The notes below the pieces were generated by a model that made no database searches, was not told where the DNA came from, and saw only the letters and a program-made list of their open reading frames with translations. A DNA stretch of 64,000 nucleotides. Origin: Sphingomonadales bacterium (GTDB taxonomy: Bacteria > Pseudomonadota > Alphaproteobacteria > Sphingomonadales > Sphingomonadaceae). Each line of letters opens with the position of its first letter. Position 1 is the first letter of the stretch. Positions 1 to 9,544 of this stretch are shown here, in pieces. The position numbers were made by a program, and so were the translations under genes. The stretch is taken from assembly GCA_027489695.1 (NCBI GenBank), contig JAIXZK010000144.1, positions 553 through 64,552 on the forward strand, given 5' to 3'.

Positions 1-563
1 CAGCCAACACGTTTCAATGTGTCTATGAGCGTCGACCTTGGCACGCCAAAGTTCCGACAAACGCTTGCCTGGCTGGCACCTTGGTCCAGAGCTTTTGTGA
101 TGGCCTCGATCTTCTCGGCCGACAATGCCGGAGGACGCCCACCCCGACGCCCACGCTTCGCTGCTGCCGCGAGGCCGGCGTTGACCCGCTCGCGGATCAG
201 CGATCGTTCGAATTCTGCCAAAGCGCCAAAAACGGAGAACAACAGCTTGCCCTGCGCGGTGGTAGTATCCATTCCTTCGGTGATCGATCGGAACCCGACC
301 CCCCTGCCCTGCAGCTCGCTGATGGTCGCCAGCAAATGACTCAACGATCGACCGAGGCGGTCGAGCTTCCAGACCACGAGCGTGTCACCAGACTTCAGAA
401 ATGCGAGACAGTCCTTGAGCCCCGGCCGATCATCACGCGCGCCCGAGAGCTTGTCGCCATAAATATGTCGCGCATCGACGCCGGCATTTATCAACGCGTC
501 GCGCTGCAAATCCGCTGATTGACGTCCGCTGTCGGTCGAGATCCGTTCATAACCGACAAGCAT
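1..563 (-). CDS. Serine recombinase (resolvase/invertase family); last few C-terminal residues cut by window edge
   Basis: Absent from the ORF track because it runs off the window. Reverse-complement from ATG (561-563) reads MLVGYERISTDSGRQSADLQRDALINAGVD...SGDTLVVWKLDRLGRSLSHLL...FGALAEFERSLIRERV...GRRGGRPPALS...ASVCRNFGVPRSTL. This gives a catalytic-Ser resolvase domain plus a C-terminal HTH. Confidence 0.9.
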   Translation of the reverse strand, partial: MLVGYERISTDSGRQSADLQRDALINAGVDARHIYGDKLSGARDDRPGLKDCLAFLKSGDTLVVWKLDRLGRSLSHLLATISELQGRGVGFRSITEGMDTTTAQGKLLFSVFGALAEFERSLIRERVNAGLAAAAKRGRRGGRPPALSAEKIEAITKALDQGASQASVCRNFGVPRSTLIDTLKRVG

Positions 564-672
564 GTGCGAAATACCTTGTTCGAGGCGTTTCCGCGCATGT
601 AGGCATTCCGACGTGGTTTGTCGAACATTTTGCTCGAAGATCGCTCAGTCCATTCAAACAGTCCCCCGGCCC

Positions 673-698
673 TGTCGGAAAACTACTGTTTTCCGACA
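673..698. promoter_or_regulatory. res-like recombinase binding palindrome
   Basis: TGTCGGAAAAC-TACT-GTTTTCCGACA with perfect 11-bp arms. The outer TGTC/GACA and A-rich inner arms resemble gamma-delta/Tn3 res subsites. It lies 110 bp upstream of the recombinase start. Confidence 0.5.
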
Positions 699-843
699 TG
701 GACACCCTCAGCGGGATTGTGGTCTAGTATCGTTCTGTCAGGGATTCCGTCGGTCTAGGGGCTAAAGCTAGCGCTGGCAGGCTACTCATGGACAAGCGCA
801 CCTCTGCTGTGCCAATTCGGTTCAGCCAACTGGGGGAGCGTGC

Positions 844-1641
844 GTGGCCAAGCTTAGCGTCAAGGAAATCCAATCGCGTGCCCTTCTGATCCTCGAAGGT
901 GCCGTTGGCGGAATCCGCTGGGGCGAACTGTTGAAGAAAATCCACTCGGACGCTCCTGAAACGCCCCCAAACACCATTCACGGCGCCATCCAGACCCTGT
1001 TTGCGAACAGTAAAGATGTAATCAAAGTTGCGCGCGGCACCTATCAGCTAAAAAGATACTATGACGAACAGTCTACAAGTGGAACCGCGGCAGACACAGC
1101 CGCAGAAGAAACCGTAGTTGTCGTCGAAAGTCTCGCTTCGAAGCCGGTCAGCTTCGTTGAGGCTGACTTCTATGCCAGCTTCGCGCAATGGCTCTGCGAC
1201 GTTGAGGAAGCCGTAAATGAAGCGGTCCCGCTGGGCGGAAGCCTGCTGAAGGGCAAATGGGGCACGCCCGATGTGATTGGCGTTCGCAAGCCCCGGGCTG
1301 ACGACATGCTGAAGTTCGAGCCGCAGATTGTGTCGGCCGAGATCAAGATTGATCCGGGCCAACCTGTGGTAGCCTTTGGGCAGGCAGTGGCCTACCGCCT
1401 CTTCTCGCACAAAAGCTATATCGTCGTGCCGCGCACGACGTCCGAAGAGGACCTGAGCCGCTTGAAATCCCTGTGCAGCATCCATGGCGTAGGGCTGGTG
1501 ACATTCACCCTCGACAAGGCCGATCCCGATTATGGCGTCGTTGTCCTGCCAGCGCAGGCAGCGCCGGACATGTTCTATGCCAACCAGATGTTGAAGCGGC
1601 TTCTGGAGGCTGCCCCCAAAATCTTCCACAAACTGTTCTAG
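844..1641 (+). CDS. Hypothetical protein: winged-helix-like N-terminus plus PD-(D/E)xK nuclease-like C-terminal core
   Basis: GTG start 5 nt after GGGGGAG, and 12 nt upstream of mod, so probably operonic. The N-terminus reads KEIQSRALLILEG..IRWGELLKKI. The C-half has E..D..ExK spacing (VEADFY / GTPDVIGV / SAEIKID). I do not recognise a family name. Confidence 0.6.
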   Translation: MAKLSVKEIQSRALLILEGAVGGIRWGELLKKIHSDAPETPPNTIHGAIQTLFANSKDVIKVARGTYQLKRYYDEQSTSGTAADTAAEETVVVVESLASKPVSFVEADFYASFAQWLCDVEEAVNEAVPLGGSLLKGKWGTPDVIGVRKPRADDMLKFEPQIVSAEIKIDPGQPVVAFGQAVAYRLFSHKSYIVVPRTTSEEDLSRLKSLCSIHGVGLVTFTLDKADPDYGVVVLPAQAAPDMFYANQMLKRLLEAAPKIFHKLF

Positions 1642-1653
1642 GTCGGCAAAACA

Positions 1654-3465
1654 GTGGCTGACCAATTTGAACATCTGACCCGCGAGCAGCTTCTGAAGCT
1701 GGTGCGGCAACGTGAGCGCCAGAAAAAGCTCGGCCTCGTGTGGGAGCGCGATGCGATCGAGCGGGACAAGGCGCTGGACGATCGGTTCGTATCTCTCTCC
1801 CTTGTGCCCGATCTCTGCGATGGTGCCGCGCCATGGCCCAACATGGTCGTTGAAGGGGACAACTTCGACGCGTTGCGCTGGCTGCGAATGACTATGGCAG
1901 GCCAGTTTCGCTGCATTCTGATCGACCCGCCCTACAACACGGGCAACAAGGATTGGGTCTACAACGATCACTATGTCGACAAGGAAGATGCCTGGCGGCA
2001 TTCGACCTGGCTCGAGTTCCTTTATCAGCGGCTCATGATCGCACGGGACCTGCTTGCCCGTGACGGCGTGCTTATGGTGACAATCGACGACGACAACAGG
2101 GCTCGCTTGGACATGTTGTTGGAGGAGGCCCTGCCCGGCATGCGCGTTGGTAGCCTTGTTTGGCGGACGCGAGATACAACTGCCGCGAAGGGGAATAATC
2201 TGAGCGACGTGCATGAGCACATTCTGGTTTATGCGAACCCCGGCTTCCGGTTTGCTGGCTCCGAGAAGGGTCGGCATAAATACAAGAATCCGGACAACGA
2301 TCCGCGCGGGGATTGGAATACCGATCCTTTAACGTTGGCATTCAGCTCGACGGACAGAGCTAACCTGTTTTATCCGTTGCACAATCCTGCGACTGACATC
2401 TGGTATCCGTGCGATCACGATCGCGTTTGGGCATTTGCTTCCAAAAATCGTTTGAAGCCCGGCCAGAAAACTAGGTCCGCTCCGATGGAGGACCAGATCG
2501 CGGATGGCTTGATTGTCTGGCCGAAGGATGAGCGGATTGTAGTCTGGAATACATTGGCGGAGGTAGAAGCTGCTGTTGCCGCTGGCGATGTGCCGGTGAC
2601 TCCGAGGGACCAGAAGCCGCTGATCCGACCAAACGATGACCTGGCGCAGTGGGTGGGTCGGCAAGTGGGCTTCGGTCGCCCAGGCATCAAGAAATTCTGG
2701 ACGAACCTTCGAAGCCACGTTTCCCCGCTTAGTAGCTGGATCGCGCGGATCAACGAGGACGCCGATCCTGACCTGGAGCTCATCCGGACAGGTGCCGGTG
2801 GCGAGGGCACCAACGAGATTCAGCGGATCTTTGGATCGAAGGTGTTTCCCAACCCAAAGCCCCTTCAGCTGATCCGCGAGCTGGTTCGCCAAGCGACAGG
2901 CCCTGACGATCTGGTCCTCGATTTCTTCGCGGGCTCGGCCACTACAGCACACGCCGTGATGGAGCTGAATGCCGAAGACGGTGGCAGTCGGCGATTTGTT
3001 ATGGTCTCTTCGACAGAGGCGACTGATGATGATCCTCAGCGCAACGTGTGCCAGGACGTGACCGCAGCGCGCATCCGCCGCCTAAACGGCTTCACTGAAG
3101 GCTCCTATGCCGAGTTGAAAGCACCGTTCGTCTATCTCCGCACCCACGAGATTGCCTTTGAGGACATCGACTATGTGCTGCCGGTCGAAGAAGCGTGGCA
3201 CGCGCTTGAGGCTTCCCATGGACTGCCGCTGACACGATGGGAGCAGGGTGCGCGCTGGGCTGAGCACGCCGGTGACGGGGTTGTGCTGATCCTGGTCGAA
3301 CGGGTGAATGCTGAAGCGTTGGCTGCAATCGAACGCCATGCGGCAGCACGGGCCAATCTCTTCGCTTATGCCTTTGCGCCCGGCCAGCTCCGGACGGCAA
3401 TCGAGGGCCTCGATGTCGAGGTGCATGGGGTGCGCGAAGCCCTAGTACGCAGGTTCGTGCCATGA
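1654..3465 (+). CDS. mod: Type III-like DNA methyltransferase (Mod, beta-class N6A/N4C)
   Basis: DPPYNTG (motif IV) precedes FFAGSATTAHAV (motif I). It has a GTG start, and its stop overlaps the res start (ATGA). Confidence 0.88.
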   Translation: MADQFEHLTREQLLKLVRQRERQKKLGLVWERDAIERDKALDDRFVSLSLVPDLCDGAAPWPNMVVEGDNFDALRWLRMTMAGQFRCILIDPPYNTGNKDWVYNDHYVDKEDAWRHSTWLEFLYQRLMIARDLLARDGVLMVTIDDDNRARLDMLLEEALPGMRVGSLVWRTRDTTAAKGNNLSDVHEHILVYANPGFRFAGSEKGRHKYKNPDNDPRGDWNTDPLTLAFSSTDRANLFYPLHNPATDIWYPCDHDRVWAFASKNRLKPGQKTRSAPMEDQIADGLIVWPKDERIVVWNTLAEVEAAVAAGDVPVTPRDQKPLIRPNDDLAQWVGRQVGFGRPGIKKFWTNLRSHVSPLSSWIARINEDADPDLELIRTGAGGEGTNEIQRIFGSKVFPNPKPLQLIRELVRQATGPDDLVLDFFAGSATTAHAVMELNAEDGGSRRFVMVSSTEATDDDPQRNVCQDVTAARIRRLNGFTEGSYAELKAPFVYLRTHEIAFEDIDYVLPVEEAWHALEASHGLPLTRWEQGARWAEHAGDGVVLILVERVNAEALAAIERHAAARANLFAYAFAPGQLRTAIEGLDVEVHGVREALVRRFVP

Positions 3466-6002
3466 GCGACCGGCACAGTCTGGCGGCCTTTCAGGCCGAA
3501 GCTGTCGAAGCTATGGCAGCGACGGTCCGGCGGGTCGCGCGGGATGTTTCGTTCCGGCCGGCGGAAGCGCGAGCCATTTCGCTCCAATCCGGTACGCTGC
3601 TTCTTCAGGCGCCTACGGGTTCCGGCAAGACGCTGATGCTCGGCCGTGCGTTGGAGAGCGTCACCGGCGGGCTCCCGCAGCCGATGGTGTGGCTCTGGTT
3701 CGCCCCCTTCTCCGGCCTAGTCGCACAGACGCGGGACTCGCTTGCCGCACAGTGCCCCGGATTGCGACTGCGCGACCTGGCCGTGGATCGGGAGGCGGCA
3801 ACGACGCGCGACGGCGATGTCTTCTTGCAAACTTGGGCGTCCGTGGCGACCAAGGTGAAGGAAGCCCGGCGGATTCGGAGTGAGACCGAAAGCGCAAAGT
3901 CGCTCGACACGATGCTGGAGATCCTCCGCGCGGAAGGCTTCCGGGTTGGGGTGGTGATCGATGAGGCGCATATCGCCTTCCGGTCGACCACAGAGGCGAC
4001 GCAATTCTACCTCAACGTTCTGCAGCCCGACGTGACGCTGCTGGCAACGGCGACGCCGAATGATGATCGGTTGCGAGAGTTCGCCAAGTCGGCCGGCCTG
4101 TCTGTCGAGTGGCGTGTCGAGATCGCGAGGCGCGATGTTGTCGCTGCCGGGCTCAACAAGCGCGGGCTGATGCTCGGCATCGTGCGCTTCCCGCCTGAGG
4201 TTGAGAAGTTCCTCGATCTAGAAACGGCAGCTTTGACCGCCGGGTGGACCCAACACACCCGCATCGCCGACCGGCTGAAGGAGCGCGACATCGCTCTTAC
4301 GCCCCTGATGCTGGTGCAGGTTGAAGACCAGGAACAAGGCGGCGCCGATCCGGTCGATCGCGTGAAGGCAAAGCTGATTGAAATTGGCGTGCCGGAGAGC
4401 GCAATCGCAATTCACACCTCCGGTCAGCCGGATGCCAATTTCCATACCCTTGCTTATGACCCATCGCGGCAGGTGCTCGTTTTCAAAATGGCGGTGGCGA
4501 CGGGGTTCGATGCGCCACGCGCTTGGACGCTCGTCTCGGTCCGGCCCAATCGCGGCCGGGACTTCGGCATGCAGGTGGTCGGGCGCATCATGCGCGTGCA
4601 TGCCGCCGTGCGGCCTATCCATGGCCAGGATGCCTTGCTGGACCGGGGATATGTGTTCCTGTCCGATGCCGAAGTGCAGCAGGGCTTGGAAGCAGCTGCG
4701 CGGGAGGTCGATGCGGTGGAGCGGAGCATCCGCGGTGTCGCCGATGTGCTCGATGTGGTCGACTATGCCGTGTTGCCGCCGGCCCCCGCCGGTGTTGCCG
4801 AACCTGGTCCTCACATTCCGCAGGCCCCTAAAACGCCTGAGGATCGGCAGCTCCGTCTGAACCGCCTGATTGAGGCTGGCATCGTGCCCGAGGCTGTCCG
4901 CGCGATGGCCCCGGAGACACAGGATAGGACTATCGTTGCCGGCGAGTGGCGCCGCGTCGTGACAGAAACGCCGCTGTTCGGCGAGGCTTTGCCAAAGGAC
5001 GCCGTTGCCGGGGTGGCTCCGTCGCGCCCGGCTAGCGTTGGGCCAAGTTACAAGGCCTATCCCCTGCGGAAGGACCTAGGTGTTCCTGAGCGGTTGTTTG
5101 CTGAGCGCCCACCGGCGCCAGAGGCATACGACAGCGACGATTTCCTCCGTTCCGTGGCGCGAGGCTTCATCGATCGTGGCGAGCTGGTCCGCCTGGTCGC
5201 GCGGCGGCGGCAGTCGGCCGACCTATCCCTTCGCGATCTGTTCTTGGGCGACAGTGAAAAGCTGCAACTTCAGGTCCGGCTCTCGAACCGCCGGATTGCC
5301 GACGAAGCTCAGGGCGCCTTTGAGTTCAACGATTCCATCGATCCCCGTCTCTTGAAGCGCGCGCTGCTGCACGAGCTTCGGGCAAGCGCGTTGAAAGATG
5401 GCATCGAGTTCGAGGAAGCGGACCTGCGGCGGGCAGTCGATCTCGGTGCGCTCAGCAACCCCGATGCACTGGTGACCGCCGTGCGGGAGACAATGGCCCG
5501 CTTCCGCAAGGTCGTGCCTGCGGAGCCGATTCCTGATCCGCTAAGAGAAAGAGATGGGCTGCCGGAAGGAAGGCTTGCCGCGCACGGCGTTTTCACCAGC
5601 GACATGAACGGTCCGGAAGCCGCCTTCGCCGAGATGGTCGATCAGGACGATAGTGGTACGATCCTATGGTGGCTTCGGACACCGCACAACACGCCCTGGG
5701 CGGGGAAGCTCATCCTGCCCAACGGTCGCTCGTTCTTCCCGGACTTTGCTGTCGGGGTTCGCGGCCGATCAACGCCGCAGCAGGTGGCGTTGGTGGAGAT
5801 CAAGGATGACGGGAGCACTGGTCGATTGAACGCCGATGAGAACAATCTGAAGGCACAGGTGCAGCACATGGAGTATCGCGCGCCCTTCTGGGCCGCTAAG
5901 GGTCCGGGCGGCGAATTCGAGCGGCTTGAATGGAACCCGTCGCTTCGCCGCATTGTGGCGACCGATCGGTTTCAGGTGCAAACGATGGTTTTGGTCGGAT
6001 AA
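3462..6002 (+). CDS. res: Type III-like restriction subunit (Res): SF2 helicase plus C-terminal nuclease
   Basis: APTGSGKT (Walker A), VIDEAH (DEAH box) and ATATPN. The C-terminus has a PD-ExK-like FFPDFAV...VALVEIKDD. It is translationally coupled to mod. Confidence 0.85.
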   Translation: MSDRHSLAAFQAEAVEAMAATVRRVARDVSFRPAEARAISLQSGTLLLQAPTGSGKTLMLGRALESVTGGLPQPMVWLWFAPFSGLVAQTRDSLAAQCPGLRLRDLAVDREAATTRDGDVFLQTWASVATKVKEARRIRSETESAKSLDTMLEILRAEGFRVGVVIDEAHIAFRSTTEATQFYLNVLQPDVTLLATATPNDDRLREFAKSAGLSVEWRVEIARRDVVAAGLNKRGLMLGIVRFPPEVEKFLDLETAALTAGWTQHTRIADRLKERDIALTPLMLVQVEDQEQGGADPVDRVKAKLIEIGVPESAIAIHTSGQPDANFHTLAYDPSRQVLVFKMAVATGFDAPRAWTLVSVRPNRGRDFGMQVVGRIMRVHAAVRPIHGQDALLDRGYVFLSDAEVQQGLEAAAREVDAVERSIRGVADVLDVVDYAVLPPAPAGVAEPGPHIPQAPKTPEDRQLRLNRLIEAGIVPEAVRAMAPETQDRTIVAGEWRRVVTETPLFGEALPKDAVAGVAPSRPASVGPSYKAYPLRKDLGVPERLFAERPPAPEAYDSDDFLRSVARGFIDRGELVRLVARRRQSADLSLRDLFLGDSEKLQLQVRLSNRRIADEAQGAFEFNDSIDPRLLKRALLHELRASALKDGIEFEEADLRRAVDLGALSNPDALVTAVRETMARFRKVVPAEPIPDPLRERDGLPEGRLAAHGVFTSDMNGPEAAFAEMVDQDDSGTILWWLRTPHNTPWAGKLILPNGRSFFPDFAVGVRGRSTPQQVALVEIKDDGSTGRLNADENNLKAQVQHMEYRAPFWAAKGPGGEFERLEWNPSLRRIVATDRFQVQTMVLVG

Positions 6003-6054
6003 TGAATCTGATCGACTTGATTGAGCCCATAGGGCCTCAGGCAAGGCGCAGCTG

Positions 6055-6699
6055 ATGCCTGCACCTATGCACCCAAAGATATATCACATTGTTCACGTCG
6101 ACCGCCTGCCTGCGATCCTCGAAGAAGGCGCCCTTCTGTGTGATGCAACGATGATTGCCAGACCGGGCGCAGGAACCACGATTGGAATGGGCTCGATCAA
6201 AACGCGGCGCTTAACCTTGCCTGTCACGTGCCACCCTGGACTCAACGTCGGTGACTGCGTTCCGTTCTACTTTTGTTCTCGCTCTGTCATGCTTTATCTG
6301 CTACGCATGGGCAATCACGCCGAGCTGACTTACCGGGGTGGACAAGGACCCATCGTGCATCTGGAAGCCGATCTCCGCGAAGTGGTCGAATGGGCTAACG
6401 CCGGTGGTCGCCGTTGGGCATTTTCGCTGTCTAACGCGGGCGCCTACTACACACAATTTCGCTCGGATTTGGCTCAGTTGAATGAGATAAACTGGGTAGC
6501 CGTCGCCGCCACCGATTTTCGCCCTTCTGATATTAAAGAGGGCAAGCAGGCCGAATTTCTGGTGCACGAACGCTTTCCTTGGGGCCTTGTGCGCCGTATC
6601 GGCGTTCAGACGCCTGCAATGGCGCAGCGGGTATCAGATGCAATCCGTGGCGCCGCGCATCGACCGCCAGTGGAGATTCTGCCGGCATGGTACTATTGA
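6055..6699 (+). CDS. darT: DarT-like ssDNA ADP-ribosyltransferase toxin (DUF4433)
   Basis: KIYHIVHVDRLPAILEEGALLCD at the N-terminus and GKQAEFLVHERFPW near the C-terminus match my memory of DarT. A macrodomain gene follows 15 nt later. Confidence 0.82.
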   Translation: MPAPMHPKIYHIVHVDRLPAILEEGALLCDATMIARPGAGTTIGMGSIKTRRLTLPVTCHPGLNVGDCVPFYFCSRSVMLYLLRMGNHAELTYRGGQGPIVHLEADLREVVEWANAGGRRWAFSLSNAGAYYTQFRSDLAQLNEINWVAVAATDFRPSDIKEGKQAEFLVHERFPWGLVRRIGVQTPAMAQRVSDAIRGAAHRPPVEILPAWYY

Positions 6700-6713
6700 G
6701 GGAGGGAGCCGAG

Positions 6714-7742
6714 ATGATTGAATCACGCGAAGGCGACATCCTCAACGCTGATGTTGAAGCTCTCGTCAACACCGTCAACTGCGTAGGCATTATGGGCCGG
6801 GGTGTAGCGTTGCAGTTCAAGAACGCATTCCCGGATAACTTCGCCGCGTACGCTGCCGCATGCGATCGCGGCGAGGTCGTGCCCGGCCGCATGTTCGTGT
6901 ACGCCACTCGCCAGCTGACCAATCCGCGGTTCATCGTCAACTTTCCGACTAAGCGTCACTGGAAGGGCAAGAGCCGTATCGAGGATATCGAGGCCGGCTT
7001 AGTTGCGTTGAAGGCGGAGATTCAAAGGCGGGGAATTCAGTCGATCGCCATTCCTCCCCTTGGCTCTGGCCTCGGCGGCCTGAATTGGAGCGATGTGCGC
7101 CCTCGGATCGTGGCGGCTCTGCGCGACATCGAGGGGTTGACCGTCGAGCTGTTCGAGCCGCGCGGCGCTCCCGATGCGAGCGTTATGGCCCGCACGCGCG
7201 AAGTTCCTAAGATGACGGTCGGCCGCGCGGCGCTGGTCACTTTGATGCAGCGCTACCTGGGCGGCCTCATGGACCCGTTCGTGACGCTGCTCGAAGTCCA
7301 CAAGCTCATGTACTTCCTTCAGGAAGCTGGCGAGCCGCTGCGTCTCAAGTATCAGAAGGCTACTTACGGTCCTTACGCCGAAAACCTCCGCCATGTTCTC
7401 CATGCGGTCGAGGGGCACCTGATTACCGGCTATGCCGATGGGGGTGATGCGCCAGGTAAGGAGCTGGAGCTTGTGCCAGGAGCTGTGGATGACGCCGAGA
7501 CTTTCCTGGCCTCGTCCACCGACGCGAGAGCCCGCTTGGACCGCGTGGCGAAGCTGGTAGAAGGTTTCGAGACGCCCTTTGGGCTTGAACTGCTTGCGAC
7601 TGTTCATTGGGTTGCCCAACGCGAAGGCGCCGGCGATGGCTTGGTTGCCCGAGTACATGCTTGGGGGGAACGTAAGCGCCAGTTCTCTTCGGGACAAATC
7701 ATGCTCGCGCACAACACCCTGCTGCAGCAGGGCTGGCTTTAG
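6714..7742 (+). CDS. darG: DarG-like macrodomain antitoxin (ADP-ribosyl glycohydrolase)
   Basis: Start set at ATG 6714 (GAGGGAGGGAG upstream) instead of ORF-track 6579. Macrodomain signature GDILNADVEALVNTVNCVGIMGRGVALQFK. The C-terminal half (KLMYFLQ..YGPY) resembles DUF4065/Panacea-type domains. Confidence 0.82.
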   Translation: MIESREGDILNADVEALVNTVNCVGIMGRGVALQFKNAFPDNFAAYAAACDRGEVVPGRMFVYATRQLTNPRFIVNFPTKRHWKGKSRIEDIEAGLVALKAEIQRRGIQSIAIPPLGSGLGGLNWSDVRPRIVAALRDIEGLTVELFEPRGAPDASVMARTREVPKMTVGRAALVTLMQRYLGGLMDPFVTLLEVHKLMYFLQEAGEPLRLKYQKATYGPYAENLRHVLHAVEGHLITGYADGGDAPGKELELVPGAVDDAETFLASSTDARARLDRVAKLVEGFETPFGLELLATVHWVAQREGAGDGLVARVHAWGERKRQFSSGQIMLAHNTLLQQGWL

Positions 7743-7799
7743 CAGCCACTGTAGCAGTCGTCCCCGTTGCGGGTCACGACTGCCATGCACGTATCTACC

Positions 7800-8150
7800 C
7801 TACTGATCCTTGGACCAGTAGATTCTGCCCCGTCGAAGCCAGAAATGAGATTTGCAGTCCTTTTTCCTCCAAATTGACGGGAATAGGGTTGCAGTTCCGT
7901 CCTCATGCATTGTGACCTGCCAGCAGGGTCGCTCGTCTGGCAGCAAATTCATGTGCAATACCTTTCCGCATTTACACGGGCAGAGCATTGCAGCCTGTTC
8001 TTGAAATCCATCCTCCTCGACAATGTAGAGGGTCCGCCGACGCATTTTAGTCGGAAGGCGGTCGTGCACAATTTCGGTGCGGTGTGGTGGATCAAACCAG
8101 CCAACAACAGCCTTGGCCCACGACCTAATGATCTTTCCAATGGCTGTCAT
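7800..8150 (-). CDS. DUF6527-like small Cys-cluster (Zn-ribbon-like) protein, last gene of the Ubl operon
   Basis: 116 aa with CPCKCG...CW...DCKSHFW. Its start overlaps the E1 stop by 4 nt. Confidence 0.72.
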   Translation of the reverse strand: MTAIGKIIRSWAKAVVGWFDPPHRTEIVHDRLPTKMRRRTLYIVEEDGFQEQAAMLCPCKCGKVLHMNLLPDERPCWQVTMHEDGTATLFPSIWRKKDCKSHFWLRRGRIYWSKDQ

Positions 8151-9544
8151 GTGGAACGCTTATCGGCAAGTTCCATCATTCGAAGCAACGGACGGACATC
8201 CCCCATACCCACTGATCGACTGAAGATAGAGCAGATGCCTTCCTCGGGGTCGCAGATGATCTCCATGCTGGCGAGACTGAAGGTCACCGAAGCATAGCTA
8301 CCGTTTGTCTCTTCACGATATGGGTGAAGCCGAGCAAGGAACTCGTTTACAGCGAGCGAGGACCCCAACATGTTGACGCTTATCACAGCAGGTCGTCGGC
8401 CTTGGAAGCCCCGGATGTATCCGTCTTTCAGTTGCCGGTCGTGAGCCATTGGATCATTGCGGGCCAAACCAGCGGCAGCAACCTGAGTGATGCTGAACAG
8501 GTCGCGACTGACAAGGCTTGAGCGACCTGGGCGGATGTAATTGACCGTCCCGCAGACTTCCTTGATGTCACCATCGGAAGCGACAAGCCTGATGCCAATG
8601 TCGAAATATGGTATGTTGTAGAAAGTCGAGATGAGGTTGAGCAGAAAGCGGCCATCGACCGTATCCATACACCCGAACACCACATCGCATTGAGCCACTG
8701 CCCGGACCACATCCGGATGCCAAAGGTTCTGCTTGATCGCGATAAACTTAGTGCCAAGGCCGATGCGTTCCGCAGCATCAGCTGCTACTTCCACTTTGGA
8801 ACGCTTTTCGACAGCATCAGCCATGGTCGAATTAACGATGCGATTGACGTTGCGATCTTCCATCACGTCGTCGTCAACGCATACGATCTCACCGACGCCA
8901 AGGCGGATGAGTTGCTCGATTGTTGGCGCGCCAGTACCGGATGCGCCGATCACTGCAACTGACAAGCGCTGCAGCCGCTCGATCGTGCCTTCGTCGAATG
9001 CTTGGGCATGGGAAGCGACAAAGCTAGGCAATTCGAGTGAACCAGCGTTGGCGTACCAGAAGTGGAGATCGTCTCCTGCCACGCTGATGCAATCGATGGA
9101 GGTTAGGTCGCCGCCTCGCATCACCCTCCCAAACATTTGGCCGCTGGGAAGCATGACCACACTGCCATGAGATAGCTCACCCTCGACCCAGCCCTGGATC
9201 ATTGGCAGCAGCTGCGCGTCACTGCGATCATCGGTAGCTGAAAAAGCAGCGTATCCGTTAGGATGACTATGTACCTTGATGACCGCCAACCTCTCAGCTG
9301 CCGCCCGCTCAAGAATTGTGTCGATATAGTCGGGCGACCATGTGACGGACGTTGGTGTGCGCCTTACGCAATGTTCATAAGGGATTTCGTGGATCTCACG
9401 CACGGTTAACCTCTGCCGGCGATCCCCGTCTCGCATACCGCAAAGCAGGAACGCCACTGCTTCCAAGTCGTCTCCGGGAAAGAGATGACTTCGTAGATGG
9501 GCGTGCTGATCGCCCGTGAAAGCAAGGGTTACCGGGCAGGGCAT
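8147..9544 (-). CDS. JAB (JAMM) metallopeptidase fused to a ThiF/E1-like adenylyltransferase
   Basis: JAMM motif is intact: E in DDLEAVAF, then HSHPNGYAAFSATD (HxHx7Sx2D). E1 Rossmann region: VAVIGASGTGAPTIEQLIRLGVGEIVCVDDDVMEDRNVNR. Confidence 0.85.
   Translation of the reverse strand: MPCPVTLAFTGDQHAHLRSHLFPGDDLEAVAFLLCGMRDGDRRQRLTVREIHEIPYEHCVRRTPTSVTWSPDYIDTILERAAAERLAVIKVHSHPNGYAAFSATDDRSDAQLLPMIQGWVEGELSHGSVVMLPSGQMFGRVMRGGDLTSIDCISVAGDDLHFWYANAGSLELPSFVASHAQAFDEGTIERLQRLSVAVIGASGTGAPTIEQLIRLGVGEIVCVDDDVMEDRNVNRIVNSTMADAVEKRSKVEVAADAAERIGLGTKFIAIKQNLWHPDVVRAVAQCDVVFGCMDTVDGRFLLNLISTFYNIPYFDIGIRLVASDGDIKEVCGTVNYIRPGRSSLVSRDLFSITQVAAAGLARNDPMAHDRQLKDGYIRGFQGRRPAVISVNMLGSSLAVNEFLARLHPYREETNGSYASVTFSLASMEIICDPEEGICSIFSRSVGMGDVRPLLRMMELADKRST

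Noticed and set aside
1048-2277. 409-aa minus-strand ORF
   Set aside because: It is antisense to the 844 gene and mod, both of which carry clear motifs (DPPY and others), so it is a shadow frame.
7754-7783. Hairpin between convergent darG and the DUF6527 gene, considered as a bidirectional terminator
   Set aside because: The stem is 7+3 bp with bulges and there is no U-tract on either strand. It is too weak to call.
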